Shown here in pieces: positions 12,701-24,700 of a DNA stretch of 64,000 nt (position 1 is the first letter of the stretch; every line of letters begins with the position of its first letter). The translations under genes were made by a program, and so were the position numbers. The notes under the pieces are model-generated. The model worked only from the letters and a program-made list of their open reading frames with translations. It did not search any database and was not told where the DNA came from. Origin of the DNA: Antedon mediterranea (lineage: Eukaryota > Animalia > Echinodermata); the NCBI RefSeq assembly GCF_964355755.1, contig NC_092672.1, forward strand, positions 5,766,001-5,830,000, written 5' to 3'.

Positions 12701-15700
12701 TATAATATCTTCTACATATGTGTACAGCCACATCAAAACCAGGCACTTGGTGAAATATATATTTTTTTAGTTGATACTATAATGGTATTCCTCACAATAT
12801 ATCCTTCAAAATGGTGTTTGGATCATTTAAATCAAGCAAATATTCCCAGAGTTATGGCAATAAATGTATATAGCATTTATACAACAATTTATTTGTAATT
12901 ACTGAGTAATTAACAGTCAAAGTTTAATGACAAATCAGACAGGAAGTTGCCCCATGCTGTTACAGATTGAACAATTAACACCTTAGCAACACTACCTTCT
13001 AGATAAACAATCATTCTGAAATTTGGCACACTTATTCAATATAGTGTTTTCTGATATTCATGAAAATTTCATCAAAATCCGAGGTGGTTATCATAGTTAA
13101 AGACCCCTTCCCTGCAATTTTGGACGTTTTTTGGAAAATAATACATATATATCACTTTAAAAACATTAAACCATGTCATTCCTTGTCTTAAATGTACGTT
13201 TTATGGTAAATTATGATAAAAAGTGAGAAACAATGCACTACCTAAGTAGCTCGCGGCGATCGACCTCTCGTGGACGATCTCAGGCCTAGCCTAGCTAGGC
13301 TTAGTTTTGTAGGCCTAGCTGGTAAACATCGGTAACGTACGAACATCGTACGCTAGCTATATACCTAGCCTGACGTTGTATAGTTGCTGCATTAATTGTC
13401 TTTCTATTTTTGCCAGACTCCGTTGATACAAATTGGGGAAAACCCGGTATTTTCGCTGAAAAGTTAGGAGTCTTCCATTTGTTTTGGCTTCACGATCGAT
13501 CGAAAAGTGGGCGAATTACAGGTGAAAAACAACAATATCAATCCGCGCGCAATGCATTTTGGGATTTATAGCGGGCCGCTATAATTATTAAAATCGATTT
13601 ATTTTTCACATTTTTAACCGTTTAAAGACGAAAAAAGTTATCGCAATAGGACCATATAGTATTATTTTTACATTAAATATAGTTTGTGATCTTAAATTAG
13701 ATCTAAAAAACGTAGGGAATGGGGCTTTAATTATGACGATTACAAATTACCACTAATTTACGTAAAATCTGTCAAATTCATTTATAATAGTGTAGTGTAA
13801 GAATAATACAGTAGGCCTACTAGTAGGTATTCAGGAAGGTTGCCGTAGCTTATTATTAGTTCTAAACAAATTAAAAAAAAACAGCAAACATTTTATTAAT
13901 GAACTTTATTCAATTTTATTTCTCTTTTTACTTTATTTTATCTGCTTTTTCTTCAAAATGGCGCAGGGCACACAATGTCCCTTGTTTCTGGTCGGCAAAA
14001 TTCAATTACCAGTATTTTATTTGTGAGTGATTTGTATTGTACTGGTTTTTAGTGTTAATGTTATGTATGTAAGAGAAACTCAACAGTTCTTTTCAGACTT
14101 AATATACGTGGTGTACCGCAAACTTTATATCAACATTTGATTTCGCCATGCAAACCTTCAAACAATGTTATGTATTCTATTGTTGAACCAGCACCATAAC
14201 AGATAGCCACACCCGTTAGCTTGAACAATGTTTTTAAGCATGATGAATAACGTGAAATTTAGCCAAGGTACCAGTATTTTATTTGTGAGGGATTTGTATT
14301 GTACTGGTTTTTACGGTTTATGTTTTGCACACACTCCCCACACACCCAACCCATCATTGGCAATTTTTAAGCATAATGAAATTTAACCAAATTGAAATAA
14401 ATAAAATAGCCCTGCAGTAGGCCTAGTAAGTAAAGTAAAGCCTTCCAGGAGGCTTATTATACTATATAGAGAGGAAAACTCTATCTTATTTTAATTGGGC
14501 TAGGCCTTGTTGTTGTTATTACTATTATTATTACTAGCTAGCTAGGCCTACTATGCCATGCAGCCTATCTAGGCTAGTAGCCCAGCGTAGTAGTAGGCCT
14601 AGGCGGATCTCCGCCTAGTCTAGGCTTATAGTACTAGGCCTAGTAGAGCCAGGTCTAGCCTACTGTACCTAGCTAGAGGCCTAGCCTAGTGCCAGTGGAT
14701 TGAGAGTTACATTGCTAATATCAACTCTTACGATAAATAACTTAGCTAGGCCCTTTACTTTAGTATGTTATAACTTATTGTTATCAAGTCTGAGTCAGTA
14801 CACGTCACTTTAGTATTACTGTGTACAGTACTTAGATGAACTATAAAAAATATATTTTTCTCGACAAGCGTGTACTAGCGATAAGATTTTGTTGACCTGG
14901 AATTTTCCATGCTGGATGGGTCATGTGACAAAATTAAACCAATCACATCGCTTCTTTCAGCGTGTTCGTAGCAACAAGGCCGTTTTTGTTTACACTAAAG
15001 GGTTCTATAAAATCGGTTTTTATTGGTCTATATCGTACAATCTGTGACATCACTCATTTATTTTTAGATTCATGAACAAAATACCTATCGAATGATACCA
15101 AGCTTTCAGGGGTTATCTACAAAATTACGGCGTAGGAATGACGAAAATAACTGCTTTTTTATAACGAATTACCACGTTCTTTCAATCGAAACACGAGGAT
15201 AGAGGCTCAGATTTATGTAATTTTTACCACCTTTCCATTTGAATTAGTTAATAAGATATATATTTTTGAAATCTACGGTAAATTTCCTATCAGATAATGG
15301 TAAAAAAACAAAATGGTCAAAATATGAGTTTCACACATTCAAATGCATTTTACACAAATCCCTATCTAGCGACAAGCGCCTGGTTTTGATGTGGCTGTAC
15401 ACATATTTTAATGTTATTCAACATTTTATATTATCATTGCTTCAATTACTAGTACTGTAAACTATTTTAAAAATTATGAAGGAAATATTTTGCACTTAGG
15501 AATAATAATAAAATATAATATTTTTTTAATACTTTATTATTATTATTTCTTAAGTACTTTACATAATATTCTCATCATAATATTTTATGCTTTATTTCTA
15601 TTAATTCATATGTATTATGTATTATAATACATTATATATAATTTACTATGCAACAGAAGTTGATACACTGTATTTACATTATAGAGTTCTGTGGTGTGAC

Positions 15701-18700
15701 GTCACAACAAAAGATGGCGCTGCATGGTTTCTAGCGCAACCAAAAATGCATTCAACGCTACTATTTTGATACAATAGATCTGTATATTTCTATCAAATTA
15801 TGTATTTTAGCTTGATTTTTAAACTGTAGTTGAAGAATAAATAGATTATTAAAAACAAATATTTAGTGATCTTTTGAAATTATTTTTAGTTTGTTTTATT
15901 GAAAATTATTAAGTTTTAAATGACTACTTCAATAAGCCTATTCCAAACCATTGGTGACCTTGGAGTCACTCAGACAGGATGAACGTTTTCTAGCTACAAA
16001 ACGGCGCCACCTACCGTTGTGACGTCAACACCGCAGAACTATATAGGTCTTTTATTTCATAATTTGACGACTCTATTAAGGGGACCATTTCCTACATCTT
16101 CATTACACTAGTTCCAAATTATTATTATTTTTTTATTATTTTTTTTTTTTATTATAATAATATTCCTGTTTATTTAAAAACAGAAATCCTGGGCAGAAGG
16201 TAGCTGTCACAGATAGCCTTCTTACTGTATGTCAAGTAAATTTATATTTTATATTTATATATATTTTATTTTAAAAGAGGTATTATCCCCCAAAAACATG
16301 AAAAATGAAGATTAATAAAATTATACTTTAAATAGGCCATTTTGCAGTTTTAATAGAGTTATTCACTTCTGTAAAAAAACAAATTTTTAGTGGGACAATA
16401 TATCTTTAAAGGTTCACACAAAATAAAAGTTTCGACGACCAACCTAGGTCATGTCAATCGATATGTCATAGGTCATTGCCTGGACCTAGAAACCATCAAA
16501 CACAATGAACAAGCAAGCTCCCTATTATGTGCATCATTAAAATGCTCAGGAAAATAAACATTTTTTATGGTCCTCAGTTCACTGGAAACTAAAAACATTA
16601 AGGTTTTATGGTCCACGTCATTTGTAGCACAATATGGTCTTTATTCTTTGCTCTGTGAATAAATTATTCCAATTTGTTGGTAGCAGAAATGGGACAAATT
16701 GTCAATAACCAGTTAAATGGCAGTCTGAAAATAACGGTTTAAAACACCCAATCGATGGGGTGTTATACAGTAGAACTCCATTTAACCGGTTATCGCTGTG
16801 AAACTATTAAAATAACCTTTATTTTATTGTCTGCTGTTTACCTAGTCAACAACTGTAGCATCTTAAACGTTGAGCACATTGCACTTTGGGTATGTTAATC
16901 GACGATCACCACCCAATAGAACCGTTATTTGGCAGCACAAAAATGCAGTCGATATAAAAATGTTATTTTACATTCATTGTCAGGATTTTAAACTGGACCG
17001 CATTTGACAAATCAAAATTAATTTTTCCCAGTATTTTATTTTCATAAGAATTAGGTCATGTAATACCAAAGGGTAGTATATAAAAACTTAGCAATTTATT
17101 TAATAATCTATTTTATATTTAAATCATTTAATTTTAAATGTATTATGTTTAAACCTCTTCCAAAAGGCATTTACTGATTTCAAAGTATTGAGAAACAATC
17201 GTTAAAGATAAATGTTATAGCAATATTTACACCTGAGTAATAGCAAGCTTTCTTTATTCTAGCCAAGACACAGAAAATGCAATTTATCCGTATATTTTAT
17301 TTTGTATTCCACAAACTTGGTTTTTTCTAATACTGAGTGTACCTTATTTTGTTAATGTTCTATAGGTAAAAGTGTTCACTGAATATATTATTTAGTCCTT
17401 ACAAAATGGCCTTAGAAGGACAATTTAGGGTCGTTTGGTCCTAAAGGTTTGCATTTAATATACTTTAATATTATTGTATTTGTTTTTAACAGTATATGAA
17501 ACAAGATTATGATGAAATAATAAACAGTAATGCACTTGTCAATTGTATGACCCACTATACGACCCCCGGGAGAGGTGCGTCATGGGTGCGTCATTTACAA
17601 ATAATTACTGACGCAGGGGTGCGGCAAAAAACCTAGATGGTACGTCACATCAATGAACAAGGTGTGTCAATGTCCGTCACTTTACCACCCACCATATCAT
17701 AAACAACATGGTCACAGTGCGTCATGGTCACCTAAAGGTAAGTCACCTTTTTGACGCACAGGTAAGTCACCTTTTTCATGGTATTCAAAAGTATGACGCA
17801 CATCGGACAAATGACGCACCTCTCCCGGGGGTCGTATAGTGGGTCATACAATTGACAAGTGCATAAGTCTCTACAATGCTTTAGTTTCTGCAATGAACAT
17901 TTGAGGGACCTTAATTATTAGTTTCTACTGTTTAGGGTAACTCTCAGTTTCTTTTAAAATAAAATAAAATACACAAAATTTGCGCTGAACTATACATAAT
18001 ACAACTAACTGAATCAGCGAACAGCTTTTGCATTTTTTATATACACGCATATACTATGAAAATGTATACGCACGACATAATATTGAGTGGGCGGTTCATG
18101 AATATTAATGAGCTATGGAAACTAGAATTTGCATTGCATAATAAACATTAATATAAAATCATAAATAAGCTTATATTCACAAATATTGGCAGGAAGAAAG
18201 ATAGATAGGATGCATAGATCTTTTAGGCTTAATTGTTTATTTTAATACCTTTTGTTTTCGTTTATGGGTTTTGCGTGACAAGACATTTCTTCTTACAATA
18301 ATATTGTTTCATATTACTATTTTTTTGTATTGTTGACCATTGATAGAAATTAATCATTTATAGAATTATTATTATCATATAATGGTACAAATATCTTACT
18401 ACAGAAAAGTAAAAATTGGAATCATGTCCAGTTATATCACGGATAAATAGTTAAATCATAGACACAGTACCAACCATAAATATCGTCGACGAATCATAAA
18501 TGTGTCAAGATTTTATCAGTGTGACGCATCGATGTAATAATGCTGTATGACTGATTTTATTTTATTTTATTTATTTTATTCAATCGAAACCAACAACGAT
18601 AATTACCGCCAGTAACAGGTTTGATACAAACAAAGCCAGGATTGTTTAAATCACCTTGATTAAAGCAGCTCGTCCAGTACCAAACTTCACCAGAGGAAAG

Positions 18701-21700
18701 GCAGATACTAGATGCAGGGGCTGCCATAAGAGTCAGCAATGCTGATTTCAAATGCCTAACGGGACCCTAGCTCCATATACAGCACCGATATTCCCAGATG
18801 GTCTCCCATCCAAGCTCTAACCAGGCCCAACGTCGCTTAACTTCGGTGATCTGACGGGAACCGGTGTTTCAACGGATTGATTACTTTATTTCAGAATAAA
18901 ATTTCCCAACAAAAATTAGTTAAAATACTAAAAACAAGATAACACAAATTGTTATATGGATTTGATTTATATATTTCCTGAAAACATTGAACACAAAATT
19001 ATAATTCAAGTAAATCATCCTAATAATCGTAAAGATTTCAGTCGTGCAAGGTTATTCAGTTTTTTATTTGGCCAAATTTCCAGTCAAAAATTTTGACAAA
19101 TACGCAACTGTTAAGCCTATTTTCAAAAGCGTCATGCTATGCGCATGCGTATTCAAGTTTCTGTCTGTCATACTCCCTTCTGCGACGAATTCTTGTTCCT
19201 TTGATTTTTCGCTTCAGCGAAATTTACATGTTCGAATTGTTTCTACTTTTTGTGAAGCGAAATATTGCGCAACCAATCAGAGCTCAGGAAATGAGCTATG
19301 ACGCTTTCATGAGCGCTCATGCGAATCGAAATGCTCAGCAGTCACGCGAGGAAAATGAACGTCGCAGCTATTCACTCATGTAGTAGAAACAGAGTAGGCG
19401 ATTTTTTTGTATTTGAAACGTTGGATTCGCGCGAACAAATTCGCCTAATGGAAAATCGGCTATAGGCGATTTTTTTCTTTTCGAAACATTCGATTCACGC
19501 AAACAAATTCGCCTAGTGGAAAATAGGCTTTACTGTGCAAAAATTGACTGGAAAAAAGGGCCATTTATTGACATATCCACAAACCTGGCTTTACCAGACA
19601 TGAGAAGCAGACTTTTTCTAATTCGCATGCTGGTTTTTGTGTAAAAAAATGTAATATTAATCACATCAGTCTAATAAAGCGCCACATTAATTAAACACAC
19701 ACCACACGACACTATGCAAATAAATGTAACAAAACAAGTACAAAACAGGTGCTGAATACTTATAGCCATGTATGTTTGAATGAGTCGTTACATATTGGAA
19801 CAACCCATATTGCAGAACCTCCATTATGGGGACACATCTAGGATCCAACAAAACATCACCTTAAGGGGTGTCCAATAAATAGAGTAGTCTGAAAGAGGTG
19901 TTATATTCGATGAGAGAATGTTTAATTATAGAGCATCAACCTTATGGAATAATCTTCCTGTACATATCCGTAAAAATTATGAGACACTTAGTCAAGTTGA
20001 ATTTAAACATCTTGTATAACTTCTGTTGTTCATAGTTTTTAAGCTTTTATTTTTCTTGTATTTTTTTTCAAATGTGGACCTCTTGGGAGACCAGTACTTG
20101 TGTATTGAAAGAGCTATTCCAGAATAAAGAAAGATTTGTATTGTATTGTATCTTAATGGTATAATAAATTGAATTAAAAAAGCCTAATTTATTAAAACAT
20201 TCAAATTAAATACTACCACCCAAATATTAAGCGCTCTAGACATATAAGCGTTGTAGTCACACAAGTAGTGTAGTTAATAAGCACTTGAACATGAAAAAAA
20301 TAAATTGGAAATTACTCAATCATTGTGATTATGTTTAATTTTGTGAAAACACTATCATATATACTCTTCTTATTAGACCTTCAGTCCAATTTATCTGTAG
20401 AGTTTTGCTGTTTCCAATTAAGTACATCAAATATAATTTCTTTGATGGTTTTCAGCATACAACTAATTATTGACAAACCCCATAGTCATGAACTGTCATC
20501 ATGAAACCATGGCAACAAATAATCTCATATTCGGTGTAATCAATTCAGAGATGATTATGCATAATTGAATTGGCAAAATTTTACAAATAATGAATGTTTA
20601 CGAGCAGAGTGGAGAGAAAATGTTATAAGTTGAAAAAACGGACTGGTCTATTCAACTAACGAAAATATTCTAGCCATTCCACAAATACAAAACATCTTTT
20701 AATTGTTTAATAACATGCCTACTGTTTAACTTTTAGTAAATTTATTCATATTGAATCAAATGTCTATGCCCACTTAAAATATATGCCTGGTATATGCCTA
20801 CATTTTGGCATGGTACCTACGCAAGTTGGAGTGACATACATTGTTTTATAACACGCCTACTGTTTAACTTTTAGTCAATTTATTCATATTGAATCAAATG
20901 TTTATGCCCACATAAAATATATGCCTGGTATATGCCTACATTTTGGCATGGTACCTACGCAAGTTGGAGTGACATACATTGTTTTATAACACGCCTACTG
21001 TTTAACTTTAGTCAATTTATTCATATTGAATCAAATGTTTATGCCCACATAAAATATATGCCTGGAATATGCCTACATTTTGGCATTGTACCTAAGCAAG
21101 TTGGAGTGACATACATTGACCTTATTGTTGACATTTGACATTTGAACTTACATGTGTACTTGACAGTAGTTCCTTCATGATGTAATTATCAAAAATCTGT
21201 TTTGCACTTTTTAACCTTTCTTCGTCGGAGTCAAGTTGTTCATATTTTTTAATCTGAAAAATATATATTTTAAATATTTAAAATAACCAATAATCTTCTT
21301 CCTTAAAATAAAAACAAGTAAAATACACAATCCAATATCATTTAATTTTTTATTTTACTCATATCTTACTCAATATGTTTTATTGAATTATATTTCCTTG
21401 TTTTACTTTAAGAAATACATTTCAGGTTAAAGTTGATTTCATAATTAAAAATATAACTAAAAAATAATAATATAAAAATACTACTAAAATAATCATATAT
21501 ATTAATTAACTAAAAATTACCTAATTAATTTTTTTTATACTGTGAGTGATGAACACAATGACGGAAAAAAATGTAATAAACATAATGTATTGCTATTGTA
21601 AAGTACTATTATTTGTTACGCTATGTGAAGGGAAGCCAGAGTAGTAAAAATGAGTAGCCTATGTTATCAGTACTTAGTAGCAGCCGGACATATCATTATC

Positions 21701-24700
21701 ATGCTTTGCTCTTACGCAAATGAAGGCTAAACGGATGCTAAAAATAGATGTAGTTCTAGAGCTATATTTGGTACACCAACGCTAATTAAACGACAAAAAA
21801 GCTCATAGGAATTGATAAGGTATTCTTTGTTGATTCGCCTGACCGAACACGATGCCAATTATACCTTTTATGAATATTACTATGTTTCGCATAATTTGTA
21901 TTAGAAATTAATATATAGAAAACTCATGATTTTTAGCTCTTAAAGATGTATTATCCCCTCCAATAAACCCCTTTTTAGGTAAATAAAGATGAATAAAATC
22001 AAACTTTGGATAGGCCATGTCATATTATTTTTTTTTTTAAACAACAAAAATGATTTCACTTTACAACATTGCAGACGATTGGCTTCCAGTTAATTTTTCC
22101 CCCAAATTTATATTTTTTAAATTTTTCATTGAAGTTACATTATTATATTATTGAATAAATTTTCTCTTGTAATAAAAATGCATACATTTTTTTTAATTCA
22201 AGCCTTGTGGTCTAGAGATATAAACTCCAGTCTAGAGATCTGGAGATCGTGGATTCGAGTCCTAACGCATTAACAATGCATTACGTAAGCATATTCACAA
22301 AGTAATAAACTTTGTGATGAGTAGATAATCTAGTCTTTAAGCAATCAAAAATTGCCATTGTTTATTTAGATCATAAATTATAAGAAAATATACAGTACAA
22401 TATTTAACCTTTTCATGTCGCATTAATATTGAAATGGTTAAAGGTTACGTTATCAATCAAATTTTTTTTTTCTCATAACAAATTTATCGCAATATTCATA
22501 TTGACCAAGCATCAATTCGTTGCGGTTTCAGTGTTGTATATAATAAATGGGAGAACTCCGGCAAGTTGTAATGACGTTAATGTTTATTTTAAGTGTAAAA
22601 TGAGATAATGCAGAAGGCCTAATTCTATATCACAAAATTATGTTAGGAGGGTATTTGTTTCTTCCTTGTTTATTTAACGTCATCATGTACAGTAGTATAA
22701 GCAAACAATAAACAATGACAGGGAAGTCATGATTTGACATTTTGATCTTTATCTTCGTTATATGATTATTATACAAAACAGTAATATATGCACATGCGCA
22801 TGAGCGAGTGGGTGGCCAAGCGGTTAATACACGCGGAACGTAATACGTAGCCATAACATCGGCAAGGGTTCGAGGCTCATTCGCTCTATGGTTCTGGTGG
22901 TACTCTTCTTCTTCCAACTTTTTACGGATAAGGACTATAAACCAGAGGTCCCGTGTACACATCTGGCTCATGTGCAACCTAATACATCTTTCGAGACGAG
23001 TAGGGGGTTACCGCGGTGTGCTAGTTCACACAGCCACTGTCACAAACTCATCATAACACTGGGCTCCATCTCTGAACAGTCGGACTAAAGAGGCTACCCA
23101 GTATAAAGTATAAATAATAATATTAAAGTCTACCAAACACCATTCCGTACATTATCAAGATTGTATTTGGTCTATTTAACGTTCATCCTTCGTAACCCGT
23201 CCGTAAATAAAGGCTTGTTTGTTTTGTTGGAGCTCTAGAATGAGCGGACCCCAGTTAAATTATATGTAGCGCAATATAAAACCGGCGTTGATTCTATGAA
23301 GACACATTAAAATAATTATTACATAAAAAATATACAAATAACAATCATACGTTGAACAAGTATATATATATATATATATAGAATATTGATATTCATGCTT
23401 GGTTTATATAGCATTTAACATAAACATCTGTTTTCAGTGTGCAATCTTCAAATTTCAAGACCATTGCTCTAGAGATAGCACAATATGGTCGTATAAAAAC
23501 GAGTGGGCGGCGCGATGATGTAAATGATCAACATATTATTCTAAAAGATTTAGGATTACATGAGTATCGCAAATTATAGTTCACCTGAGCAAAAATAGTG
23601 TAGACAGTAATATTTAGTGTGCAGAAGTTCAATTTTTAATCTGACGGTAACAACTGAAATTTTGTATCTACTTGCTGAATTTGAGGCATACAATAGACCT
23701 CAAAAACATCCCCTACCATACCCTCCTTTCCCCTAAATCAACTGTGGATACAAATGATATTAAGAGGAAGGTAAAATTAATAAAATAAACCTTTTAATAG
23801 CGTTTTGCTGCAAATATGCACATGGTCTGGTTACGTTTTCTATGTTTTGAGCCAGTTTAAATTTTATTATTTCCAAAAATGGGATCACATTTTGTAATAA
23901 AGTTGTCGAACTTTGTAATAACCTGTTGGACATTGGTAATAAATTGACAATTTTATCACAAATTACGGCAGATATTATGAAATACAGTGCAACATACTAT
24001 AGGTAAAATAGGGTAGTTAAATTAAGTTATGATGAAATAGTAACAACAAATGTATCGAGATTATTTATCGGAGCAGTACTCAATTATTTTTGTGTTTAAA
24101 AATAATTGCATAATTTTAATTATTAAATCAAATTATTAATTTATTTGACTAAATACTGCAAATGAAATCAGTTATAATATAGGCATGTAATAGATTTCAT
24201 TGCTTCTGAGCCTAAAGCCATTGCAAGATAGGGTAACATACGAACGTCCAATATACACATATTAATGCTACGCTTTATATTAAACATCATTCTCACACAG
24301 GCGCTGATGTGCGAACAGAATATTTTATGAATATTAGGTTACATGTAGTTACTGCAGATATTTTAGTAACTACATTTTATTTAGTATTTTTACCTGTTTA
24401 TACAATTATTTATAGCCAGCTAATTTTTGTGGCTTTATGCAAGTTATTTATTTAGTTAAGTTATTGCAGTAAATGTAGTCACTACAGAAATTGCAATATA
24501 ATAATTTCAACACGATCCCTTAGCGCATTTAAATCAATATTAAATAAATTTATTTTGATTGTATAAATATTTTCTATTTTATTATAAAATTTTCTTTGAT
24601 CATTACCAGTGATAAAACATCTTCTCGGAGTTACATTCCTGGTGTTGTTTTCTCGTTCGATATTGATTTTCAGTTTTTATGCCATTCGACTTTGAAATTC

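Noticed and set aside
18778-18874. Functional 5S rRNA gene
   Set aside because: 5'-truncated, lacks the normal 3' end and oligo-T terminator, and is fused to a SINE-like body and tail
22203-22265. tRNA gene (also 22802-22886, 30803-30870, 31955-32015)
   Set aside because: A/B-box-like motifs only, no canonical cloverleaf; these are SINE heads
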